Shown here one piece after another: positions 10,124 through 18,642 of a stretch of DNA of 64,000 bases (positions within the stretch are counted from its first letter, which is position 1; the number at the start of each line of letters is the position of its first letter). This DNA is from an uncultured Candidatus Saccharibacteria bacterium (lineage in GTDB: Bacteria; Patescibacteriota; Saccharimonadia; Saccharimonadales; 2-12-FULL-41-12). Location of the stretch: positions 249,004 through 313,003 of the forward strand of contig CAZNIK010000001.1 of assembly GCA_964573095.1 (NCBI GenBank). Reading direction: 5' to 3'. The notes beneath the pieces were generated by a model, which was given only the letters and a program-made list of their open reading frames with translations, ran no database searches and had not been told where the DNA came from. A program made the translations under genes and the position numbers.

Positions 10124-10152
10124 AGTCTATCGCATACTTGAGAGTTTTGCAA
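10124..10152 (-). promoter_or_regulatory. Candidate promoter upstream of the nusA leader hairpin (-35 TTGCAA, 17 nt, -10 TAGACT)
   Basis: The minus strand reads TTGCAAaactctcaagtatgcgaTAGACT. The predicted TSS falls only a few nt before the hairpin. Confidence 0.35.
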
Positions 10153-10177
10153 GTTGTGGCGGGCATCACATTTTGGG

Positions 10178-10183
10178 TACAAT
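10178..10183 (+). promoter_or_regulatory. -10 box TACAAT 7 nt upstream of the pepN ATG; leaderless-type promoter
   Basis: The sequence reads gggTACAATagactaaATG, with no SD. Confidence 0.45.
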
Positions 10184-10190
10184 AGACTAA

Positions 10191-12764
10191 ATGAGCAGAA
10201 ACGTGTCCCGGCTTTACTATCAGTTTGCCCCAATAAATTATGAGCTAGACCTGTCGTTAGATGCCCAGAACCAAAAATTTTTTGGCACCGTAACTATCAC
10301 TGGCAAAAAAACCGGCAGACCAAATAAAAGAATCACCCTGCACCAAAAGGGACTTTCGGTACAGTCGGCAAAAATAGTCAAGCACGACAAATCAACCCCG
10401 CACCCCGTTGCGATCGAAAGAATAAACCTGCATAAAAAATTTGATGAGCTACGTATTCATACAACATCAGTGCTTTATCCAGGAACGTATACTATCGAGG
10501 TCACTTTTTCGGGAAAAATTACCGACCCAATGACGGGACTGTACCCGTGTACTTTTATGAACAATGGGCAGAAAGAGTCCTTGCTGGCGACTCAGTTTGA
10601 AAGTCACCACGCCAGGGAAGTGTTTCCTTGTATTGACGAGCCAGAAGCAAAAGCAACCTTTGATTTACAAATTACCGCCCCGAAAGATGATGTTGTTTTA
10701 TCAAATATGCCTCTTAAAAAAGAAGTTGTGAGAGACAATTCAAAAATATCGTTATTCAAGACGACGCCGGTGATGAGCAGCTACTTACTGGCATTCGTGG
10801 TTGGAAAAATGCACGCCGTCGAGGGCGTGTCGAAAAACGGCATTCAGATACGTACCTGGAGCCACATCAATCAACCAAAGAAAACGCTTGCCTACGCGAA
10901 TGAGCAGGCAATAAAAGTTATCGACTTTTTTGAGGACTATTTTGACATTCCCTTCCCGCTGCCAAAGTGCGACCAGGTGGCTCTACCAGACTTCGAAAGT
11001 GGCGCTATGGAAAACTGGGGACTCATCACATACCGCGAGGTTGCCTTGCTCACAGACCCCGTGAATCGCTCTATCGCCAGCGAACAATACGTGTCCATGG
11101 TGATCGCCCATGAGCTATCACACCAATGGTTTGGAAACTTAGTAACCATGAAATGGTGGGATGACTTATGGCTCAATGAGAGTTTTGCGAGCCTAATGGA
11201 GCATATTGCGCTAGATCACCTTCATCCCACGTGGCACCAATGGGAACAATATGTAAGCGTAGATGTAATTGCTTCGTCTAATCGAGATGTCCATAAGGAT
11301 GTGCAACCAGTTCGAGTTGACGTAAATCACCCAGACGAAATACATACGTTGTTTGATCCCGCAATTGTATACGCCAAGGGTGGACGCCTTCTAAAAATGC
11401 TCATGGATTATATTGGGGAGACCGCCTTTCGTGAAGGTCTAAAAGATTATTTTTCAACTCATAAATACAAGAACACTACCCGTGACGATCTGTGGACTTC
11501 GCTGTCAAAAACCAGCGACAAAAAAGTTCATGATTTTATGAACCCTTGGCTTGAACAATCCGGGATGCCGATAGTTTCCGTTACATCAAAATCCAAAGGC
11601 GTGTTGAGTCTAAGCCAATCACGTTTTTTGCTCGATAATGGAACGTCTAGTTATCTTTGGCCAATTCCGCTACTGGCAAACCAGCCCGTCGCTCCGGACG
11701 TATTTGTTGGTCCTTCCTCTGAAGCACAGTACGACAAAAGTGATGCGCCGCTACTTAACGTAAGGGGGAGTGGGCACTATGTGGTCCACTACAAAACACC
11801 AGCTCAGTCGAAGCACTTATCCGAGGCAATTCGTCGCCGCACAATACCGTCAGAAGCCCGGATAAACTCCCTCAACGATATGGTACTTCTAAACAAAAGG
11901 GGTGACCTTAATCTCGTAGACCTCATTGCTGTTGTTCGTCAATGCAAAGATGAGCCACGAGAAGCGGTGTGGGCATTATTCACAAGGATATTGGCTCTAG
12001 GAAGCCAACTTGGTGAACATAACAAAGCTATCGAAGACGGGATGAAAGAGATAAAGTACGATGTGGCCAATGGTCTGTATGGCAAACTGGGCTGGGTTGA
12101 AGAAAAAGCTGAAGATCCAAATACAAAGCTACTACGCCCAACCGTGCTCGGCCTTATGATTGGCTCCGAAAACGAAGTGGTTATTAATGATGCCATTCAA
12201 AAATATCATGACTGCCCGTCTTTGGAGGAGTTGCCTTCTGATCTTCGCGGACTTATCCTCGGAGCAACCATACGGCATAAAAACGATAAAAAAGACGTTG
12301 ATAGATTAATCGAAGCATACGCCTCAACTACCGATCCCCACTTGCAGCTTTCTATTTCGGCCGCATTGACGCACACAAAAAACGTGGAGGTCGCTCGCAG
12401 AATCATAGAAGAGGGGCTTGGTGCGAAGGGGTTTGTGCGCTCGCAGGATATTTTCCGCTGGTATGCATACCTAATGAGAAATCGATACACCCGAGAACAG
12501 GCGTGGGAGTGGCTAACCTCGTCGTGGGATATGCTTTCAGCCCGGTTTGGAGGCGGAAAGTCGTTTGATCATTTTATTGTGTACTCTTCGGCAAGCATTC
12601 ACACCAAGGACTGGGAAACAAAATTTACGAATTTTTTCGAACCCAAAGAAACTATTATTGCCTTAAAAAGGAACATTGTTATTGCAAAAAGCGAAATCCG
12701 CTCTCGAGTCGCCTGGCACGATCGAAACGAAAAACCACTCGAGCAGTATTTGTTAGATCGATAG
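10191..12764 (+). CDS. pepN: M1-family aminopeptidase N
   Basis: It has the GAMENWG exopeptidase motif, the HELSHQWFGN ... WLNESFA zinc-binding motif and an ERAP1-like C-terminal domain. Confidence 0.92.
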   Translation: MSRNVSRLYYQFAPINYELDLSLDAQNQKFFGTVTITGKKTGRPNKRITLHQKGLSVQSAKIVKHDKSTPHPVAIERINLHKKFDELRIHTTSVLYPGTYTIEVTFSGKITDPMTGLYPCTFMNNGQKESLLATQFESHHAREVFPCIDEPEAKATFDLQITAPKDDVVLSNMPLKKEVVRDNSKISLFKTTPVMSSYLLAFVVGKMHAVEGVSKNGIQIRTWSHINQPKKTLAYANEQAIKVIDFFEDYFDIPFPLPKCDQVALPDFESGAMENWGLITYREVALLTDPVNRSIASEQYVSMVIAHELSHQWFGNLVTMKWWDDLWLNESFASLMEHIALDHLHPTWHQWEQYVSVDVIASSNRDVHKDVQPVRVDVNHPDEIHTLFDPAIVYAKGGRLLKMLMDYIGETAFREGLKDYFSTHKYKNTTRDDLWTSLSKTSDKKVHDFMNPWLEQSGMPIVSVTSKSKGVLSLSQSRFLLDNGTSSYLWPIPLLANQPVAPDVFVGPSSEAQYDKSDAPLLNVRGSGHYVVHYKTPAQSKHLSEAIRRRTIPSEARINSLNDMVLLNKRGDLNLVDLIAVVRQCKDEPREAVWALFTRILALGSQLGEHNKAIEDGMKEIKYDVANGLYGKLGWVEEKAEDPNTKLLRPTVLGLMIGSENEVVINDAIQKYHDCPSLEELPSDLRGLILGATIRHKNDKKDVDRLIEAYASTTDPHLQLSISAALTHTKNVEVARRIIEEGLGAKGFVRSQDIFRWYAYLMRNRYTREQAWEWLTSSWDMLSARFGGGKSFDHFIVYSSASIHTKDWETKFTNFFEPKETIIALKRNIVIAKSEIRSRVAWHDRNEKPLEQYLLDR

Positions 12765-12802
12765 CCAAACTTGGCGTACCACAGCCCTGCTACAGACCTA
12801 AT

Positions 12803-13141
12803 TTATAGTTGTTCAATAAACTCAATTGCAAAATCAACACCGCTGACACTCGCCCCACTGAGCACAACTTCTCCCTCCCATCCATGCCGCGCAATCCAAT
12901 AGCTGGCGGCGAAGCTCATTTGCTTCATTTTCTTAGGCGTTATGTACTCAAATCCCGAGCCCTGCAGAGAGGTTTTTCGATATTTTACTTCAACAAAATA
13001 TAAGCAGTTATCTTTTTTGGCAATGATGTCCACCTCACACTGCGGTGTTTTCCAGTTTCTTGCGATAACCTCGTAGCCATGATTCAGCAAATAGTTGGCA
13101 ACTTTTTCTTCGGCACATATCCCACTGTTTGTCTTTTTCAT
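12803..13141 (-). CDS. YraN-family (UPF0102) endonuclease-like protein
   Basis: GYEVIARNWKTPQCEVDIIAKKDNCLYFVEVKYR is the typical YraN core. It overlaps rnhB by 4 nt. Confidence 0.8.
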   Translation of the reverse strand: MKKTNSGICAEEKVANYLLNHGYEVIARNWKTPQCEVDIIAKKDNCLYFVEVKYRKTSLQGSGFEYITPKKMKQMSFAASYWIARHGWEGEVVLSGASVSGVDFAIEFIEQL

Positions 13142-13686
13142 ACATACGCCCGCAGCGGCCGAATGCTTGTACGGTGATGGATGGTAAGTCCATATTTTTT
13201 TATTGCTTCACGATGTTTTTCTGTGCCGTAGCCAACGTGAGTATCAAAGCCGTATTGTTTGTGTGCATTTGATAACGACAGCATGTACTTGTCTCGTGTG
13301 ACCTTTGCAATAATGCTGGCGGCTGATATTGCAGGAATAATACTATCACCGTGAACTAGTGTTGTAGTCCCTTGGATATGTTTCAGATAATTAATTGAGC
13401 CATCGATGATAATCTCGCTATCTGCTGGTGCGTCAACAATTGAGCGCTGACAGGCCAAAGTGGTCGCGGCGGTTAAACCAATAACATCGACTTCTTTCGG
13501 GCTCGCCCGCCCCACCCCAATAAACTCTGCGCCCTCAACTATCCGACCATACAGCGCTTCGCGTTGCGTGGCGGTCAACTTCTTAGAATCATTAAGCCCA
13601 TCGATTTGAGAGCGAAGCGAGACGGCGGCAACGACTAATGGTCCCGCCCATGCGCCTCGTCCGACCTCGTCAATTCCAACGACCAT
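13138..13686 (-). CDS. rnhB: Ribonuclease HII
   Basis: It has the VGIDEVGRGAWAGPLVVAAV N-terminal catalytic motif and the DSKKLT motif. Confidence 0.92.
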   Translation of the reverse strand: MVVGIDEVGRGAWAGPLVVAAVSLRSQIDGLNDSKKLTATQREALYGRIVEGAEFIGVGRASPKEVDVIGLTAATTLACQRSIVDAPADSEIIIDGSINYLKHIQGTTTLVHGDSIIPAISAASIIAKVTRDKYMLSLSNAHKQYGFDTHVGYGTEKHREAIKKYGLTIHHRTSIRPLRAYV

Positions 13687-13693
13687 AGTCGCT

Positions 13694-13702
13694 ATTATAC
13701 CA
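13694..13702 (-). promoter_or_regulatory. Extended -10 (TGgTATAAT) 7 nt upstream of the rnhB ATG; leaderless-type promoter
   Basis: The minus strand reads cTTGgTATAATagcgactATG, with no SD. Confidence 0.5.
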
Positions 13703-13718
13703 AGATCACTTGTATCAA

Positions 13719-14234
13719 TTACTTCTGGCTGTCTGTGGGGGTAGCGGCATCATTCTTCGATGACTCAGTGTCCAGCGCCTTCTGGTTTTTTTCTTCGTTT
13801 CTTATTGGAGCTTCTGGGGTATCCGCCGGTTCAACAACGTGTTCTTCAGTAGGCTTTGCTTCAACCGCATTAACCTTATTTCGATCAAATGCAACATTTG
13901 CTAAACGAGCCGACTTTCCTGTTCGAGCCCGCATATACGTCAAATAATTGCGTCGAACTTTACCGCGTTTGGTTATTTCAACCTTCACCACGAGTGGACT
14001 GTGCAATAGATAGGATTTTTCAACACCAACCCCGCTCGCAATACGTCGAACAGTAATGCTGCTGGTGTGACTGCCTTTTCGGTCAGTCCTAATCACCAAT
14101 CCCTCAAATACTTGCACGCGCTCTTTGTTGCCCTCCCGAATTTTTTGGTGAACTCTCACCGTATCTCCGCTCTGAACATTCACAACGTCGTGCTTCTTAT
14201 ACTTGTCTTCGATTTTTTGAATCACTGATTGCAT
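13719..14234 (-). CDS. rplS: 50S ribosomal protein L19 with an acidic C-terminal extension of about 55 aa
   Basis: MQSVIQKIEDKYKKHDVVNVQSGDTVRV aligns residue-for-residue with the canonical L19 N-terminus, so I chose the ATG at 14234 rather than the ORF-track start at 14300. The tail after ...ARLANV is Glu/Pro/Thr/Lys-rich. Confidence 0.9.
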   Translation of the reverse strand: MQSVIQKIEDKYKKHDVVNVQSGDTVRVHQKIREGNKERVQVFEGLVIRTDRKGSHTSSITVRRIASGVGVEKSYLLHSPLVVKVEITKRGKVRRNYLTYMRARTGKSARLANVAFDRNKVNAVEAKPTEEHVVEPADTPEAPIRNEEKNQKALDTESSKNDAATPTDSQK

Positions 14235-14352
14235 AGAAATATAACTCTTAGTTGTGCCTAACTCTTTAAATCTTTCATCTACCATAACATATCCAAGCAA
14301 ATAATGAAACTGGTACGCGAGGGCGACGTTGGGCGTAGACCAGCCTATCGTT

Positions 14353-14358
14353 TACAAT
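14353..14358 (+). promoter_or_regulatory. -10 box TACAAT 7 nt upstream of the malic enzyme ATG; leaderless-type promoter
   Basis: The sequence reads cgttTACAATatacgtaATG, with no SD. Confidence 0.45.
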
Positions 14359-14365
14359 ATACGTA

Positions 14366-15499
14366 ATGGATTATGCAAAAGAGGCACTTAGGCAACACAA
14401 GGAGCTTAAGGGCAAGATAGAAATACGCTTAAAAGACACCTTGGACACCAAGGACAAATTGAGCACGTACTATACCCCAGGCGTCGGTACGGTTAGCAGC
14501 TACGTTGCTGCGCACCCCAACGAGGCTCGTGAGTATACATGGACGAACAACTCGGTGGCAATCGTAAGCGACGGGTCGGCTGTACTCGGTCTCGGGAACA
14601 TTGGGCCACTCGGCGCACTGCCTGTTATGGAAGGAAAGGCAATGCTTTTTAAGCATTTTGCTGACGTAGACGCGGTGCCAATAGTAATTAATGCGCACAG
14701 TGCAGACGAGATTGTTGCGACCGTTCGCGCCATTGCCCCCACCTTTGGTGGCATTAACCTTGAAGATATTGCCGCGCCAATATGTTTTGAGGTCGAGGAA
14801 CGATTAATTTCCGAGCTTGATATTCCTGTCTTTCACGATGACCAGCACGGAACAGCTGTTGTGGTACTCGCTGGACTAATAAACGCCATGAAGGTTGTCG
14901 GTCGTTCGCTGAGTGACACAAAGATAGTCGTTGTGGGGGCTGGAGCAGCTGGCGTAGCCATCATGAAGCTTTTGCATCAGTACGCCAAGCCATCGATGTT
15001 TGCGGTTGACAGCAAAGGGGTTATCAGCAAGAACCGCACCGACCTCAATGAAGAGAAGAAGCGATTGCTCAAGTTCAGCAACTTGACGAACATTGGCGGC
15101 TCTCTTGAAGACATTATAGAAGGCGCTGATGTCTTTATCGGTGTATCCAAAGCAGGGCTGCTCAGCCAAGCCATGGTCAAGTCGATGAACAAGGACCCCA
15201 TTATTTTTGCAATGGCAAACCCAATTCCAGAAATTATGCCCGATGAAGCTGAACAAGCCGGAGTGGCAATAATGGCCACCGGGCGGAGCGATTTCCCCAA
15301 TCAAGTCAATAACGCACTGGCCTTCCCGGGTATCTTTCGCGGCGCACTAGACAATAAGCTTAGCGCCATCACTGACGACCACAAGATCGCCGCCGCCGAA
15401 GCAATAGCCGCCCTCGTCGAGAACCCTACACCGCAGGAGATTATTCCTTCAGTTCTTGACGATAGGCTGGTGCCCGCGATTGCAAAAGTAGTGATCTAA
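14366..15499 (+). CDS. NAD(P)-dependent malic enzyme (short prokaryotic type)
   Basis: Recognisable segments are LSTYYTPGV, VSDGSAVLGLGNIG, FGGINLEDI and the GAGAAG Rossmann motif. The 377-aa length fits the short ME class. Confidence 0.85.
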   Translation: MDYAKEALRQHKELKGKIEIRLKDTLDTKDKLSTYYTPGVGTVSSYVAAHPNEAREYTWTNNSVAIVSDGSAVLGLGNIGPLGALPVMEGKAMLFKHFADVDAVPIVINAHSADEIVATVRAIAPTFGGINLEDIAAPICFEVEERLISELDIPVFHDDQHGTAVVVLAGLINAMKVVGRSLSDTKIVVVGAGAAGVAIMKLLHQYAKPSMFAVDSKGVISKNRTDLNEEKKRLLKFSNLTNIGGSLEDIIEGADVFIGVSKAGLLSQAMVKSMNKDPIIFAMANPIPEIMPDEAEQAGVAIMATGRSDFPNQVNNALAFPGIFRGALDNKLSAITDDHKIAAAEAIAALVENPTPQEIIPSVLDDRLVPAIAKVVI

Positions 15500-15507
15500 A
15501 AACCTAT

Positions 15508-17109
15508 TTAGCTAACTACTCGATACACCTCTTCAAGCGTGGTTTCGCCGCGTATGGCCTTCAATATGCCGTCGTGTAACATCGTAATCATGCCGTCCTC
15601 AACGGCTTTTGCTTGGAGCATATCAGAAGTAAGCTGATTTGCCGGTTTTCTAAGAAGCTGCTGTATCCCAGGCGTCATCTCTAGCTGCTCTCGAATTGCA
15701 ATCTGCCCCTTATAGCCAAACGGGTTTTCGTCTGACTTCCCGGGTGTATAAAGCGTAATTTCGTCAATATTTGGACGCTCTAGCTCTGGCGGTAAGCTGT
15801 CGATTACACTTTTGAGCTGCGCTTTTAGTCCGTCGTCGGGTTGATACGGCTGCTTGGTTTCATCATCAAGACGCCGAATTAGTCGTTGCGCCATGACCAA
15901 ATGCATTGCACTCGCAAAAAGCGGATTGATTCCGATAGCATCGAGCATTCTCATGATTGCTGCCGACGCGGAGGCGGCGTGGAAGGTAGACAATACTAAA
16001 TGCCCAGTAAGTGCCGCTTGAAGGGCTGTTTTCGCGGTATCTTGATCACGAATTTCGCCAACCATAACTATGTCTGGATCGAGGCGAAGAACCGCACGAA
16101 GTTTTTCAGCAAATCCGAGCTGATTTTTGTCACCATGAACTGGAATCTGCACTACTCCAGGGAGAAAATACTCAATTGGATCCTCTAGTGTAATAATCTT
16201 TCGTTCGGGCGAGTTAAGTGTATTGATCAACGAATACAGTGTGGTTGTTTTTCCAGAACCGGTTGGACCAACGACGAGCACCATCCCCGAGGGGTGTCGA
16301 ATAACATCGTCGACGACATCCCTTTCTTTTTCGCTCAGACCAAGGCTGTCGAGGTTTAGAAGTTCCATTCTGAGATTAAACAAACGCATTACTACATCGG
16401 TGCCATAGGCAGTTGGAACGGTTTCGACACGCAGATTAACGTTTACTTCTTCGCCGGTGGCGAGTGTATAGATCTTGTTTATGTGTCCTGTCTCGGGATC
16501 TGGATTATTTGTACTCACATTTGCAGCGATTGCGATTGAAGATAACACTTGATGATACTTATCGGGGGCAATATGGGCAATTGGATGCAAAACCCCATCA
16601 ACACGAACACGAACGCGAACGTGATCTTTTTGACATTCAAGATGGATATCGGACCCTTTCAGTTGATAGGTTTGTTTCACGAGATACGCAAGAATGTCAT
16701 CAGCTAAAACTCTGTCCAGCGTGGCGGTTACCTCACTTATTAAGGTATCGTTTTGTTGATCGCTAAACTTAACATCTTGATACTCAATTTTTTCTGGTGG
16801 GTTATAAAGCTTCATGTATTCTAAAAAGCCGTTATCAGAGATGAGCGAAAATGACACCCTCTGATCCAGAAATCTTCCGCGAATGGTTTGCATGGTTTGC
16901 TGCGAAGTGTTGTTGGTAATACCAAACAATATGTTGTGTTCGTCGGCCTGCAATGGAACCACCTTAAAGTCCTTCAGCTCTTGGACGGTGAGAAGATCAT
17001 GATAGAGCGTTTTTTCAGTGTCTGTAGACGTATCAAAATAAGTCATACCCAATATTTGGGACCGTCTTTGGGTGGACTGTTCTTCGGAACGCCTTGCATC
17101 TTGGCTCAT
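15508..17109 (-). CDS. GspE/PilB-family secretion ATPase (type IV pilus assembly ATPase-like)
   Basis: It has a Walker A motif (GPTGSGKTT), the Asp box and His box region (VGEIRD ... TGHLVLSTFH) and an N-terminal GSPII_E_N-like domain. Confidence 0.87.
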   Translation of the reverse strand: MSQDARRSEEQSTQRRSQILGMTYFDTSTDTEKTLYHDLLTVQELKDFKVVPLQADEHNILFGITNNTSQQTMQTIRGRFLDQRVSFSLISDNGFLEYMKLYNPPEKIEYQDVKFSDQQNDTLISEVTATLDRVLADDILAYLVKQTYQLKGSDIHLECQKDHVRVRVRVDGVLHPIAHIAPDKYHQVLSSIAIAANVSTNNPDPETGHINKIYTLATGEEVNVNLRVETVPTAYGTDVVMRLFNLRMELLNLDSLGLSEKERDVVDDVIRHPSGMVLVVGPTGSGKTTTLYSLINTLNSPERKIITLEDPIEYFLPGVVQIPVHGDKNQLGFAEKLRAVLRLDPDIVMVGEIRDQDTAKTALQAALTGHLVLSTFHAASASAAIMRMLDAIGINPLFASAMHLVMAQRLIRRLDDETKQPYQPDDGLKAQLKSVIDSLPPELERPNIDEITLYTPGKSDENPFGYKGQIAIREQLEMTPGIQQLLRKPANQLTSDMLQAKAVEDGMITMLHDGILKAIRGETTLEEVYRVVS

Positions 17110-17117
17110 TACCGTCT

Positions 17118-17126
17118 ATTTAACCA
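17118..17126 (-). promoter_or_regulatory. Extended -10 (TGgTTAAAT) 8 nt upstream of the pilB-like ATG; leaderless-type promoter
   Basis: The minus strand reads gTGgTTAAATagacggtaATG, with no SD. Confidence 0.45.
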
Positions 17127-17154
17127 CAAGGGTTATCCATCGGTCCACGAATAA

Positions 17155-17673
17155 ATGTATACTTTAAAAAACATGGACAGAGATATTGTTGTTATCGCCC
17201 ATAACATACGAAGCGCCCATAACATCGGTGCGCTTTTTCGAACCTGCGAAGGATTGGGCATCAAAAAGCTTTATCTTTCGGGGTATTCGCCCTACCCTAA
17301 ACGAACTATCGAGGATCGCTTGCCGCACACCTACCGAAAGCTCACGGCCCAAATCCAGAAAGTCTCCCTCGGCGCCGAGGCGACTCTCAACTGGCAGTAC
17401 GTACAAGACATCCAATCAGTTCTTGAAACACTGGCGCAGGAAAAGTATATAGTTGCGGCACTCGAACAAACCCCAATGAGTCAAAGCATACAAAATTATT
17501 TGCCACCAAAGAAAATTGCCATCATTATCGGCTCGGAGGTTTCGGGCGTAGACCCATCTCTGCTCAAGAAAAGTTCAATACACCTCGAAATTCCAATGCT
17601 TGGAAAGAAAGAGTCTTTTAACGTTGTTGAGGCTGCCGCGATGGCCTTGTTCCGCTTTCGTTTCGCAAAATAG
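17155..17673 (+). CDS. SpoU/TrmH-family RNA 2'-O-methyltransferase
   Basis: The sequence shows the SPOUT fold, with NIGALFRTCEGLG, IIIGSEVSGV and SFNVVEAAAMALF motifs. Confidence 0.82.
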   Translation: MYTLKNMDRDIVVIAHNIRSAHNIGALFRTCEGLGIKKLYLSGYSPYPKRTIEDRLPHTYRKLTAQIQKVSLGAEATLNWQYVQDIQSVLETLAQEKYIVAALEQTPMSQSIQNYLPPKKIAIIIGSEVSGVDPSLLKKSSIHLEIPMLGKKESFNVVEAAAMALFRFRFAK

Positions 17674-17706
17674 CTAATTTTGTGGTACTATTTCCTCATA
17701 AAATAA

Positions 17707-18642
17707 GTGGCTTCTACAAGAGTACCCATGGCCAGAAAACCAAAAACACCAAAACCTCATCACACTACCCATAGGAAAGAAAAGCGGACAAAGCGATTTC
17801 TGAAGGTCTACGCGCCTTATATTCCCTTGCTATTGATAGTCGGGCTTGGGCTGTTTTTATCAAACTTTAGTGACTTCAAACAACGTAAAGATCAAACCGT
17901 TTTAAGCTACGCGACAAACATTAGCGATGAGGGGCTACTGGAGGCCACAAATCAGTCAAGAACTGAGAATAATCTTCCTATTCTTGCGACAAATCCGCTG
18001 CTCGACAAAGCTGCTCAAGCCAAAGCAAACGACATGGCTCAACGCAATTATTGGGCCCATAGTACTCCCGAAGGCAAAGAACCGTGGTACTTCATCGAGC
18101 AGGCTGGATATGGATACTACCGAGCAGCAGAAAACTTGGCATATGGATTTGATACAAGCAAATTAACGGTGGTAGGTTGGATGAATAGTCCAAGTCACCG
18201 GGCAAATGTGCTTGATCCTGTGCTCAGTGAAGTAGGCTTTGGGATCGCAAATGTCGCAAACTATCAAGGTAAGGGCGCACAAACTATCGTGGTGGCGATG
18301 TACGGCAAACCCATGGCGCTCCCGAGCACAACCCAAAGCAAAAAGCAGCCCACCGCAACGCCAATAACCAAACCGAACACTTCAATCCCTCCGAGAGAAG
18401 AAACAAAAATTAGCTACATCCAAACACTCACTAACGGTCAAGCGCCGTGGAGTAGTTTTGCGCTTGGTTTATTGATTGGCATCATTGCAGCCTACCTTTT
18501 AATAAAACATGGCCATGGACTTCACAAACGGTTCCGAAAGGGAGAAAAGTTTATTTTGCACCATCCACTACTCGACACAACTCTGCTGGCGCTGCTTGCG
18601 CTTGCAGCCATCGTCAGTCAAACCGCAGGAACAATTTACTGA
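17707..18642 (+). CDS. CAP/SCP (YkwD-like) domain protein with an N-terminal anchor and C-terminal TM helices
   Basis: The CAP core is LDKAAQAKANDMAQRNYWAHSTPEG ... GWMNSPSHRANVL. The start is uncertain between the GTG at 17707 and the ATG at 17728. A TGgTACTAT box lies upstream at about 17683-17691. Confidence 0.7.
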   Translation: MASTRVPMARKPKTPKPHHTTHRKEKRTKRFLKVYAPYIPLLLIVGLGLFLSNFSDFKQRKDQTVLSYATNISDEGLLEATNQSRTENNLPILATNPLLDKAAQAKANDMAQRNYWAHSTPEGKEPWYFIEQAGYGYYRAAENLAYGFDTSKLTVVGWMNSPSHRANVLDPVLSEVGFGIANVANYQGKGAQTIVVAMYGKPMALPSTTQSKKQPTATPITKPNTSIPPREETKISYIQTLTNGQAPWSSFALGLLIGIIAAYLLIKHGHGLHKRFRKGEKFILHHPLLDTTLLALLALAAIVSQTAGTIY

